Origin: Peribolospora baueri
Lineage: Eukaryota
Assembly (NCBI GenBank): GCA_029717555.1
Contig: JAMDHS010000045.1
Coordinates: forward strand, 62,001 to 126,000
Length of the DNA stretch: 64,000 nt
Direction of reading: 5' to 3'
Numbering within the stretch: position 1 is the stretch's first letter; each line of letters begins with the position of its first letter. The notes under the pieces were generated by a model. That model was not told the DNA's origin. It did not search any database and worked only from the letters and a program-made list of their open reading frames with translations. Below are positions 48,559-60,326 of this stretch, piece by piece. Position numbers and translations under genes: made by a program.

Positions 48559-49942
48559 TCAAGGTTCCGGCACCCGCGCAATCTCTTCCAGGTTGGGGTG
48601 TTCGAACTTGAGCGGCACGTGCTCGCGCGCTTTGTCGATTGCTGCGTCTACTGGTTTTTCTGAGAGTACGCGTATGGGTATGGGTATGCATATGCGTATT
48701 AGTAGGCGTAGGCGTAAGCGTATTATGCGTGTGCGTAGGCGTAATATGCGTGGCGTGGGGAGATAGGCGAGGACACGGCGACGTCGTCAAGGTCTCGACG
48801 AGCACCTCGCCCTCTCGGCCGCACGCTCGCTCTGGGTGGGCGCGACTCACCTGCGATGATGGCGCTCATTTGCGCAGCGCCTCCCGTGTTGGGCTCCTTT
48901 GGGTGTGGTCTGCAACGACGCGGCGGCAAGGGACGGGATGGATAATGATGTGAGAGGGACGGAGGAGGAGGAGCCGACGACCTACCTGGGCGGAGCCAGT
49001 TCCCTCGCCTCGAGAAAGTCGATGGCGGCCATGTGTCTCTGCTCCTCGGTGAGCTCCCTTTCCACGTACGGCAGCTGGTCCTTCTCCTCTTCCTACAGAC
49101 GCCCCAAAGCGAGATGCGACAGATGAGCCTCACCCGTCCGTTTGACTCGGACACAAAAAAAAAAAAAAAAAAAACGACGGGCGAAGCGCACATCGGCGTG
49201 GGTGACAAAGAGCGCGACGGCCTCGGAGACCATGTCGTCGTAGTCCTTCATGCCTCCGGGAAGGTTCTTGGGAGAGTGCTTGTCCGCTTCGTGAAGCGCC
49301 TCCTTCATCGCCTTGTGCTCCGTCCGGTCTTTCTCCACGTCCCTCACGCGCCCGCGCGCCTCGAGGAGTTTGTAAAAGGTGAGCTCCTGAGAAAGCAAGA
49401 AAGAGAGTCAGCGGTTCGGCGGCGCGCTCCTTCTACCCCGCCGCCTCGTCACCGACTCCAGTCTCACCTCCGCATCGGCATGCTTGGACGCCTCGCGGAT
49501 GATGGTGTTGGCGATGGCCACTTTGCCTTCCACCTCCTCGGCTTTGGCATTTTCATATCTTACCCAAAGGTCGCGCACCTGCTCTCGACGCAAGGTTAGA
49601 ATGAGCGGCGCATGGCATGCGGTCACGCTGAGGTGCATCCCTGTGCGCACGGGTCGCTCACGTTGTCATGGTCGACCTGTACGTCGATGGCGGTCATCCA
49701 CATTCCATGAGCATCCTGTACGATTCCCCCCCACGTCCTTTCTCATCGGGCCAGAGACTCACCCGAATCTCCTTGACAAGGTCCAGCTTGGGCGAGTACA
49801 CATGCGTCGCCAAAGCTCGCACCGCGAGGCCCACCAGCTGGGGACGAGCGAAAGCGAGGTTGAGCGAGGCGGACGGCGCAGCGGGCCCGGACGTCGTCAG
49901 GCGTACCGCGAGAGGTCGGGCGATGCGTGCGAAACAAGTCAT
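48559..49942 (-). CDS. Hemerythrin-like (HHE cation-binding) protein with a mitochondrial-presequence-like N-terminus
   Basis: Seven exons give ...KEIR|VDHDN|VRDLWVRY...IANTIIREASKHADAE|ELTFY...TEHKAMK...FVTHAD|EEEKDQLP...APP|RPHPKEPNTGG...|EKPVDAAIDKAREHVPLKFEHP...*. H, HxxxE, H, HxxxE ligand pattern; Arg/Ala-rich acid-free N-terminus. Confidence 0.82.
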
Positions 49943-50332
49943 GTCTGTCAATACCTTCAACTGGTAGAACCGGGGGCAGACGGTGGAGGACAGGTTGCGA
50001 GGGCCATCGCACCGCCCGTCGCATCGGTCCAACGCGCAGTCAAGCAGCTGAGTCAGATACGTTATTCGGCGGCGGGTCAGTCAGAGAGAGTGTAATGTGC
50101 GCGCGCGCACTGGCGATGTCGTGGGAGCGAGTAGTTGTTACAGCGGAAGCGAAAGAGAGACAGAGAGAAAGACAGACGAGAGTAAAGAGACGAAGAGAAC
50201 TGGATCAATTGGTTTGGTAAGAATAAGGTCAAGGGCGTCCTCTAGGGATGCCCTGAGTCCCTGTTCTTATATGCATGGGGTCAGGCTCAGGGAACGAGTT
50301 AACGAAGGAGGAGTAAGGGGGAATGAGTGAAT

Positions 50333-50665
50333 CACGTGCGCCTGCGCGGCGTATGAGGAATGCACGTGAGGCGTATTATATGCAATGAAGGACGACAGAT
50401 GACGAATGCACGCGCGCACGACTCGACCCGGATGTCAGCGAGTCGGCCTCCAACAGAGGACGGGCATGGGAGCTCGACCTGGTCGTTCCCGGCAAGTGCG
50501 CGTATCTTCGTAAGTTCTCCGTATGGCAATCTGTGTCCCAGTGCAGTTGCTCTTGTCGGCTACATGACTGCATATAAGAATCGCCTCAGCTCTCCATCCA
50601 CCATCTTCCTCACGTACGCGTTCGTTGCGCCGCACGTGATGCCTGCCACGCCGGTCGAGCACGTG
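50333..50665. promoter_or_regulatory. Cluster of four CACGTG E-boxes in the HHE/PMM divergent promoter
   Basis: CACGTG at 50333, 50363, 50633 and 50660. Confidence 0.45.
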
Positions 50666-50895
50666 ACGAAGTGATCTGCGCGTGCTCGTCCGGCCTGCAG
50701 GGGGCGTCCGGTTGGCACGGCGTGGGAGAAGAAGAACGACGACGAGGGTCGAGGGGGCTTCTCGAGTTGGCCTCCTCCACCAAGCCACCAAGCCAAGTCT
50801 CCCCACAGCGCCGCCCTTTTTTTCTTTTTCGTCTTCCTTATACGAACGCCCGTCCCGTACGCCTCAGCTGTCCCCGCAGAGCCGATCGACGAACC

Positions 50896-52454
50896 ATGCC
50901 TTCCGCGTTCAGCGACCGCAAGTTTCCCAAGACGCTCTGTCTCTTCGACGTCGATGGCACCCTCTCGCCCGCTAGGCAGGTGAGTCCCCGAGCCGCTCCG
51001 AACTAGGTCAGCGTGGATGGGCGTATCCATCAGCGAAGAGTCGTGGTGAGAAGAGTTGGACGGGCACGCGGCGCCAGGTGGCCGTTCATCGCCATGCCGT
51101 TTACGCGCGTGCATGAGATCGAACGCCGGCGGAGCCACCTTCTCCCGGACGGGACCTTGGCTGAACGAGCTCCGCCGCCCGTCCGCTCCTTCCCTTCATG
51201 CGCTCGTGCCCTTCCACAGACCGCCTCGCCGCAGATGATTGAGCTGCTCAAGGAGCTCCGAACAAAGTGCGCCACCGGCTTCGTAGGCGGCTCCAATCTG
51301 TCCAAGATCAGGGAGCAACTCGAGGTCAAGGGTCAGGACGGTGAGTTGGGTTCGAAGAGAAAGGAACTCGCGAATGGGCTGTGCGACTAGGTTGGAAAGT
51401 CACGTTGAGGTGGGAGCGAGTGAGGAGGACGCTATCCGCTCCAGCTGACCACTTGCCATCTCTTCCCCTTTTCTATTCTCCTTCGCCTTATGCGTTGTTC
51501 TCCAGTCGTCCAAGAGTTTGACTACTGCTTCGCAGAGAACGGTTTGACGGCGTACAAACTCGGCAAGGAGGTCGCCTCACAGTCTTTCATCAACCACGTA
51601 GGGGAGGAAAAGTACAAGGCACTGGTCAACTTTATCCTGCACTACGTCGCCGATATGGACATCCCCATCAAGAGGTGCGTCCATCTTTGTCCACGGTCAG
51701 CAGTGGTCGGGTTGGAACCCGCGCTCACGATTTCCCTCCTCGTCTTCTCTTTCGTCACTTATAGAGGCACTTTCGTCGAGTTCCGCAATGGCATGATCAA
51801 CGTCAGCCCGCTCGGCCGCAATGCCTCGAAGCAGGAGCGCGACGAATTTGAGCGGTATGACAAGGTTAGCTCTCTTCCCCGTCTCAGGGCGGTTTTTTCA
51901 TGAGGAGTGTAGGCGAGTCTTTCTCTGCGATGGACGGATGATCTGACCGTACGAACGTTCTTTTTCGTCGTTTCCCTCCTCCCACCAGCAACATCAAGTC
52001 CGCGCAGCCTTTGTCAAAGTCCTGCAAGAGAAATTCGCTTCGTACGGCCTGACATTCAGCATCGGAGGCCAAATCTCCTTCGACGTCTTCCCCACGGGCT
52101 GGGACAAGACGTATGCGCTTCGCCATGTCGAGAAGGAGGGTTTCGAGCAGATCCATTTCTTCGGTGACAAGACTTACAAGGTGGGCGAACGGACGATGTT
52201 GGACGCGGAATGGGGAAGGCATCAGAACGACTCCTCGACGAGTCATATTCCTCGCATTCTCACGGTCATGAGTTGTTGCAGAGCGGTGGATATGGAAGCT
52301 GAGACCGTGCTTGCCTTTATCTTTGCTTCCTATCCCCCTCTGGCCGCTTTAGGGCGGCAACGACTACGAGATCTTCACCGACCCTCGCACCATCGGCCAT
52401 GCCGTTTCCAGCCCGGACGACACGGCGGCAGAGCTGAAGAAGCTCTTCTGGTAA
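50896..52454 (+). CDS. SEC53: Phosphomannomutase (HAD family)
   Basis: Spliced motifs [99 protein letters not shown]. Confidence 0.96.
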
Positions 52455-53227
52455 ACGGTTATCGGTTTGGATCCCCCTCACCTTCTACTTCCCTTCACCA
52501 TCGAGACTTCCCAATTCACTCGGACGTGGACGAGCTAGACCGGGTGGTCGAAAGACGGGCTTTCAGCGGACTTTTTTGGATTTCGGTCGTCGGACATTGG
52601 CGACGGGACTCACCACTCCTCTCTTATTCCTTTCTTTCCTGTTTACCTCTACTGGACGCGGCTAACCCACATCTAGATATCACTGCACGAACTCGGTACT
52701 GTGGAAGTTCCGTCTACTCTCTGATATGATCAAAAGTTCTTCAGCTTCGTCGCTCGCGCCTAAGCAAGACGGATGGTACCGTGAAAATGACTGGATTCAT
52801 CGCCGTCTGGAGCCGACCTATGACGAACGACATCGTGAAAGGGTGTTCGTAAACATAAAAGAACAGAGAAGCCAAAAGGGTATGGCGCGACACGTGCGTC
52901 GCATGAAGGATATCAAGTACAGGGTGAAGTACAACGACCGAGCTGACTAGTCTATGAGCGCGATTGGGGAGGTGAGGAGCGGTATAGTTGAGGTGAACGG
53001 TGACGATTGGAACCAGAGGGTGGCAAAAGAAGAAGGGCCGGTGGTGGTAGTGGATTCGGATGTGCGAACCGGACTTTATGGCGGCCGCGAACTGACCATT
53101 GGCGAAGGGCTGATGTGCGGAGAGCGGTTGCCCACCTCGCTCGGAACCGGCGGTATCAAGCGCGGTCGAGACGGAGTGGAGTTTGACGATGCGGTCTCCT
53201 CCTTGGACAAAAAGGTCGACGGCGCAG

Positions 53228-54761
53228 TCAACCCATGTATCCCTCGCCCTTCTCCAACAGACCGACGGCAAGACCGAGGCCCCAAGCCACACGAGGGCCC
53301 AGCAAGCCGTCCTTCTGCGTCATGCCGGGCCGAGCGTCCACCTCGTCGTCTTCGTCCTCATCCACCCATCCCTCGACTTCATCTCCGTCGTGTCCGGCCT
53401 CTAAACCCCTCGTCTCTCCGCGACTTCTCGCCTCCTCTTCCTCGCTGTCCTCCTGTCGCATGACCTGATCGATAGCCATGGGTATGCTCAGCGTCACTCG
53501 GGCGAGCTGCATCGTAAGGCGAAGCCGCCCAAAGACGTCGAAATACGAAAGCTGTCGTAAGGAGTGTTGGATCTCGTACAGGCGAATTAGCTCGAACTTG
53601 ACCACTCTTAGGTACAACTTTTGACCGGCTAAGGGAAGGAGAGCGCAGTGTGGATATGAGATGCCGATTCGGATGGTGAGAGAACAAGAACGCCGTTGCA
53701 GAAGCGACTCACTCAGAAGCACTTCTCGCATCTTGCGAAACACGCTTTCCAAATTCTCCACAGCGCTCTCGCCCAAATTGAGGCCGGGATTGCCTTCATT
53801 TGCGGCGTCTGCGTATGAGGACAAGGACAAGGCGTTTGCTTAAGTCTATACTCATCCACGAGCGCGGTCATCATATTTTCTATACTCACTGACAAACACC
53901 CGGACCATCTCAAAATCGCCCTCCATGAACTCGCAAAACACCTGATATAGCACGCTGTTCAGCGTATCTTCCCCCGCCATGCCGCGTCCGTACGACCCTA
54001 TCCCTTCGCCGTCCGCCATCGCCGACGCATAGTCCGTACGCCCGCTGAGATCGTAGATTCTGCGAGAGGATGGCTTGGAGAGCGTCTCGTATGCGAAGGA
54101 GAGCTTCTGGAAAGCCGACGTCGACGGCGGGTAATTTGGAAATTTGCTGCAAAGTCAAAGACGAATCGACGAGAATGAGAGATAGGCAATCCTCATTCGC
54201 CAACGCGGCTCTCCTCGACGGCTGTTTCCATTACTCACTCAGGATGGCACACCCTGCTTCTACTCAGAAATGCCCGCCTGATCTCCTCCGTCTTGCACTT
54301 GCGGTTCGATATGCCCAGCACGACGTAAAGATCCTCAGCGGCTAGAACAGAATCCACCATGGCATACTTTGCCTCGTTACCGGCACGATCTGCTGCCACC
54401 TTCGACGATTCTGCTTCGTATTCTCCGGCAAGTGGAACTCGGTTGGAGCTGGCGCCATTGGTTGAGGAATGGAGGTCGCGACTAGACGGGAAGGTCGCGC
54501 CGCCGCCCGCTGAGCGGCGGGAACGCCGAGCGGCTGCATTGGCACCAGGCGACGATGGTAGTTCCTTAGATCCAAAGGCGTAGCTCGACGCTGTGAGCAA
54601 AGCAAGAGCGGTTCAAAGTGAGCAGCTTCGCACTTGCACAGCGCCATACCTTGTGCGAAGTCCCCAGAGGCAGACGCCTTGCCTTCTTGTCATTGCTCGG
54701 CGCACAGAGTGAGTGGTGTCTACTCACCGGTGTTGTACAAGTAGTCAAATACAAGGACCAT
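53228..54761 (-). CDS. J-domain (DnaJ/Hsp40) protein
   Basis: DLYVVLGI...EEIRRAFLSRSRVCHP|DKFPNYPPSTSAFQKLSFAYETLSKPSSRRIYD (HPD split by an intron), followed by a helical region FELIRLYEIQHSLRQLSYFDVFGRLRL. First exon (ATG 54761) is tentative. Confidence 0.82.
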
Positions 54762-55224
54762 GTTTTCCGTCTATGACGAGCCTTCCTCCGACAGAGCAGA
54801 AGGGTAAGGAGGGGTCTGACCAAACTAGCGTCCGTCTTCGAGTTGCAAGCGATCAAAATGCGGGAGGACGTTTGGGGCCGCTGATAGTGACGCTCGTAAC
54901 AGCATCAAAGGTGCGGCTGTAGAGACAGACGCAAGCGAACCAGCGTCCGTCCAGATGGAGGAGCCGCTCACACGAAGGTGGAAAGAAGCTAGGAGGAGTG
55001 AAGGCAATCATGGTCTTTGTCCTGTCCGTCGTGGACAAGCAGACGCGGCAAGCACGTGAAGGGGGATAAGGAGTAGGGTTATCACAGCCCCCGCTCATGT
55101 CCGGCTTCGAGCGAGGACTATGATCAGGCACGACGGCCACGTGGACCGCAGGCCACGTCCTCGACAACAACCTGACGGCGCTATACCTTCGGCCATATCC
55201 TCCTCCTCCACGTTTGGCGCTCCG

Positions 55225-56721
55225 ATGGCAGAGAACAAGAAGTCGCTTGCCCTCGCGGTGATTGAGTGGCTTAAGGACTCTCTCAATGACGGTACGATCC
55301 GCCAGGACGACCAGGAGAGCATCGACGTGGCGACGCAATGCATCTCTGAGGCGTTCGGCATCGACCCAGAGGACGAGCAGCAGAAGAACAAATACTCCAT
55401 TCGGCCAGCCAAGTTGCAGCAAATTTTCGATGTTGCTCTTAAGGCTCAGCAGAGGCAGAGGGCGGTGAGCATGCTTAGGTGGCGCCAGGTAGGCTGTCTG
55501 GTAAGTTGGAGACGGCGTGCTGACTTTAGCCACCGGCCGTCGTCCACAGGACCAACCCGCCGCGTCCACCTCCTCCACGCAAGCTCCATCTTCCGGCGCT
55601 AATCCGGCGGCCACCACGCCTGATCCGGAGTCACTTACCAAGGCAGAGGCGCTCAAAGCAGAAGGCAATAAGTTGATGTCGGACAAGTCGTACGAAGGCG
55701 CGGTGGTCAAGTACACCGAGGCGATCAACCTCGCACCGAATCAGGCCGTCTACTTCTCCAACAGAGCGGCCGCTTACTCCCAACTGGGCCGATATGACGA
55801 GGCGATTGAGGATGCCAGGCAGGCGGCCAGGGTGGACCCCAAGTTCAGCAAGGCGTACTCGCGTCTGGGGTGAGTTATCGAGCGCTCTTCCGTCGCCTCC
55901 CGTCTTTCACATCTCGCCAATACTGACAAGCTTGTCGACGCCCTGGTTCCGCTACAGCCACGCTCTGTACTCTTCCGGTCGCTTCTCGGAAGCGGCAACG
56001 GCGTACCAGCAAGGTCTCGATCTCGACCCGACCTCGACTCTCATGAAGACTGGCCTGGAAACCGCCCAAGCGCGAGCGCGAGAAGCCGAAGGGTCTTCTG
56101 ACGTGTCTCAAAATGCTGGTGCCGATGGTCCAGATGCAGGCGCCGGTGCCGGAGGAAGTGGATTCGGCGGTTTCCCAGGTATGGGCGGTGCGGGTGGCAT
56201 GCCGGATCTGTCAAGCATCATGAACAACCCCATGTTCTCCCAGATGGCGCAGAACTTGTGAGCTTTGTACGTCTTTCGCTCCTCAGGAAATACGTCTCCG
56301 GGCTGATTTGCGACTGCCAATGTCGGCATCGTTATCCTTTGCCTTGTCTTCCAGGATGGCGAACGGCGGACTGGACAGGCTCTTGCAGAACCCACAGCTC
56401 CGTCAGATGGCCGAGGGCTTCGGCCAGGGTGGGGGTATGCCGGACATGAGCCAGCTGGGCCAGCTCATGAACGACCCCTCCATGCGAGAAATGTGAGTGC
56501 CGCTTTCGTTTCGTTTGTACTTCAAGCCGTCGCCTAGTGGTAGCTCCTCGCCTCCGTGATACCGTTAGACTTTCGTTAGGGTGCGCATCAAGGTTTGCTT
56601 ACCGATATCGGGTTTTCCGGCTCGTAGGGCGCGCAACATGATGGGTGGCTTCGGTGGTGGAGCGCGCGGGGAGGAGGACGAAAATGCTGGATCAGGCCCG
56701 AACAGCGGCGCCTACTCTTGA
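55225..56721 (+). CDS. SGT2: Small glutamine-rich TPR co-chaperone Sgt2 (GET pathway)
   Basis: N-terminal dimerisation domain (KKSLALAVIEWL...ESIDVATQCISEAFGID), TPRs (AEALKAEGNKLM...AVYFSNRAAAYSQ...SKAYSRLG), Met/Gly-rich STI1-like C-terminus (MPDLSSIMNNPMFSQMAQ). Confidence 0.94.
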
Positions 56722-57104
56722 CGCTCCGGGTGACTGGGGGCTCAAACAAACGTTTCGTTCGTCGCGAGTCGCTGTTATTCTTACCCATTCTTTTCGGCAT
56801 ACACGTCGCCTGAAGACTGGTCAATCTAGTAGTGCCCAGAAGATGTTCCCACGTCCGACCAAATGAAGACGGGACTTCGTGGCGATGACGCGACTCGGAG
56901 CATTGACAAATCTGTATATGCGTCAATGACGCTCGCTAAGACACCCTGGGCATTTCCTATTGCTGGCCTTTTTCTGAATTTGCTTCAACGGATCGGTGAC
57001 GCTATTAAAAAAGCGTGCTTGATAAGCCCCCTCGATGATCTACCGACGTCGAAGAAACCGTCCCCTTCTGATCCTTCTGGCTACGATACTCAAACCTCTC
57101 AACC

Positions 57105-57736
57105 ATGTCGAACTCCATCCCACCCCGCGAAGTGGATGAGCCGGTGCAGAACCGGTTCGTCAAAGGCCTCAAAACAATCAATAGGTTTGCCAAGAGGGAT
57201 CCCGCGCTGTACCCTTTGTTGGCGATCGTAGGTGTTTGCTCCTATCTTGCGTGATCCATAGCTTTTCGAGAGGACTGCTTGACAGCAGTCAAGGTGAAGG
57301 CGGCACGGCTACGGCTTGGGGAGGAAGTCTTGGCTGAGCAGGAGAGAGCTAGGAGAGGAGAGGAAAGCAGATTGATTGATGTTCTGTGAAAGAAGACTGA
57401 GGCCAGTAATTCTTACCAACTTGACCTCAACTTCTTTCCATCTCCACCGTGAACGGGAAGGGTGAGCTTTTTTTGCAAAAAGGGTAGCCTTGGCATTCTC
57501 ATCTCGCCCCGAGTCTCGTTCTCAAATATAGGAAGATATAGTAGATGACATCGTCACGCCCCTTCTTTCTTCCATTTCCTTCTTCGCTCCCTCGTTTCCC
57601 CCCCGTCTCCCGTTCGCACACGCACAAAGCATGCACAATGTATGGAGTGGCCGGGTATATGTATGGCACAAAGGCGCTCGCCAAGCCGATCTGGGAAGGA
57701 CCGCCGAGGCCTGCCCAGGAAAAGTCACATATGTGA
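57105..57736 (+). CDS. Small (~76 aa) single-TM protein, NDUFA4/COXFA4(B12D)-like, tentative; model uses a 1-nt exon
   Basis: Exon 57105-57227 (MSNSIPPREVDEPVQNRFVKGLKTINRFAKRDPALYPLLAI) + G57461 + exon 57630-57736 (ACTMYGVAGYMYGTKALAKPIWEGPPRPAQEKSHM*) gives one continuous hydrophobic helix. A further intron at the 3' end is possible. Confidence 0.55.
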
Positions 57737-58268
57737 GCACGTTCAAGTAGCCCCATTCCCCGCTTTTTTTTTTTTGTCATTCCTGTGCGACTAAAAGGTC
57801 GTTTCCATTTTAACCTTCTTGGTCCTCCGTCTCTCCACTGAACTTAACCGCCCGTCACCATCACTTTGTACCGCCCTGGGATTTTTTTCCCATAGGCCCT
57901 CTCCGGACACCCGAGCAGGGCGTAAACGCAGCCTTCCAGGTACGGGGGAGGACGTGTTAGAGGCGAGGCAGCGCGCCAGGGAGCCTGGGAACGGCAGGGG
58001 CACTCTTTCGGAACATCAGGAGGGTGGTGTCAGGAAGTCGAGCGCTGCGTAGCCATCGCACGAGTGAGGCTGGGAAGAGGGTTCTAACGACGATGCGTTG
58101 TTGGGTTCGCTTACACACATTTTCATCTAGTGCGGTCACACGTCTCGCCTGATGACTTTTTTTTCGCATTTGCCCTGCGTTTGCGTCTACATCCTGCCTG
58201 TTGCCAAGTCGATGAATACAGTTTCGAGCGAAATTGGCCTCTCCCGTCTACTCCATCTCCTTCAGCGT

Positions 58269-60242
58269 TTAATGTAAATGTCCGAGCATGCGCCCAGGAC
58301 GCTCGACTAGATCTTTCCAATCTTGCACGAACCTGTAAGATGCGAAATCAACGAATCCCATCAGAACAGGGGAAAAGGACTCGTCAGAGGCGGTCGCTAC
58401 GGAGAGGAGAAAAGCGGTAATGGGATCGTAAACTCGCCTAGCAAGCTCTGCGCCTTCGACGACACGGTGGTCCCCCGTAAAGCTGACGGCCATGAGTTTG
58501 CGCCTCACTACCCTGTCTGGATCGTCTCCGAGCGACGACGAAACCTCACCCTCTCTCCATCCGGGACATTCGCTCGCAAACCTGGGCAAACTCCTCGTCC
58601 TACCCAGTGCGCCAATGATCAACTGTCCCGTGGGCGGGATGAGAGGATGACAGTAAGTGCCCCCTCCGACGGCGCCGATGTTACTCAGCGTCACCGTGCC
58701 TGTCCTCCCGCCAGGGTTCAGGTCTGAGGGGGAAAGACCGCGGGACGTCATGGAGCGGGACTGAAGGCGCGTGATGCGGCTCGCGAGCGCGTAGGACGAG
58801 GAGTCCTGCACGGAGGGGAGCGTCGGAGTGAGGAGACCGTTCGGGCTGGAGAGAGCTATGGAGATGTCGTGCGTCGTTCGACGGACTAGATGCGCTTGTT
58901 CAGTAGGGGCCGATCCTGGCGTAGGAGAGCTGAGGGTGCAGAGAAATAGCGGATGGCGATGAAGGGCGATGGAGAGCGCCTTGACAAGGAGTGGGAGCAG
59001 CGTCATCCTGTCGTACTTCCCGTCTTCTTCGACCGTTTCTTCTTCCGCCATCATCGTCGCCCTCAATTCATCCCTGACGACGGTGCTTTCGCCCGCAGTC
59101 CCTTTGTCTAAGCCACTGGTCTTTCGGTACGATTGCGGAATGCCCGTAGAGAGCAGCTTGCGCAAAGCATCGAGCTCGGTCACGTCTATTTCGTCCGAGT
59201 AGCCGAAGTGCGGCACCGAGAGCGTCGAAGTCATGGCGCGGAACATTGCGCGGCGGACAGGCGAAAGGGCGATCTTCCGAGTCTCTGTGGTGCTTTCCAA
59301 TGCAGATTGCGCGGATGGACGGTCCGTATCTGTGCCAGCCTGGCCGGAAGAAGAGACGAAGCGTATCACGTCCTCCTTGGTGACACGGCCAGACTTGCCG
59401 GTACCTTGAACTTGCCTAAGATCGACAGACTGTTCGCGGGCCACGCGCCGCACGGCCGGTGTGGCCAAAAGATAGTCGTCTGAACCCTGAATACCATTTG
59501 AAGAGGCTTGCAGAGAGGGGTCTGGGTGACCGTACGGTGCTTTTGCGAGCTCGGGTGCTGTCGTCGGCGGCGCCTCGTGAACCTCCTTGGAAGCCTCGGG
59601 AGCAGCTTCAGAGCTCGCTTGTGCGACGTCTGACGTACCCGTCTCCGCCTCAACTTCTTCCTCAATCTCGCAAAGCGGCTCGCCCACCCTGGCGACGTCG
59701 CCAACCTTGTATTTGAGGCTGACGACGCGGCCGGCGTATCGAGAGGTGATCTCGACGGAGGCCTTGTCCGACTGCACTTCGGCAATGGGATCGAACTCTT
59801 GTACCACGTCGCCGGGAGAAACGTTCCTGGACGTAGAATAAATCCATCATAGAAAAATGAAAATGCATTACTTTAATAGGTCTGGCCGGTGGGGTGGTCT
59901 TATCCTCTTGCCTCCTCGCCGATGCGACTCGGCACTCGTGGCTGGACCTCACCACTTGATAATCTCGCATTCTGTGATTCCCTCGCCCACGTCGGCAAGC
60001 AAGAACGGCTTAATGACCTTTCCGGGGTTGAGAGAGATGTAAGATGAATGGAATGTCCTTTGTGAAACAGAGGTCGAAGTCAGTTGCGACGCAGCATGGT
60101 CGAAGTCGAAGGGCCTAAGTCGGAAGGAGGAGGGGGATGCGAGTTGGATGTAAGAGCGGCGCTGGAGAGCGAGAGCTCTCGGAGCGAGGTGTCTTTGGAG
60201 CAGGGAACGTGCGAAGGGAGAGAAAGAGATGGAGAGACGCAT
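58269..60242 (-). CDS. DBT: Dihydrolipoamide branched-chain transacylase (BCKDH E2), mitochondrial
   Basis: Presequence; lipoyl domain (FLLADVGEGITECEIIKW...EVQSDKASVEIT); E3-binding domain (LATPAVRRVARE...VQGTGKSGRVTKEDV); catalytic domain (GTVTLSNIG...DHRVVEGAELA). Last intron is GC-AG, 58437-58333. Confidence 0.93.
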
Positions 60243-60326
60243 AGCGAAGATGGTGGTGTCGAGCGAAAACCCATTCAAATTTCCCTCACTTGGTCGCCGT
60301 CCACCTCACGTACCCCACACACCAAA

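Noticed and set aside
53156..53230. TGA CTG stop context of the J-domain gene as a readthrough signal for peroxisomal targeting
   Set aside because: Not the TGA CTA motif, and the extension ends ...LDRA*, which is not a PTS1.
53809..53889. ATGATGA (C box) in an 81-nt J-protein intron
   Set aside because: No CTGA D box and too little room for a snoRNA.
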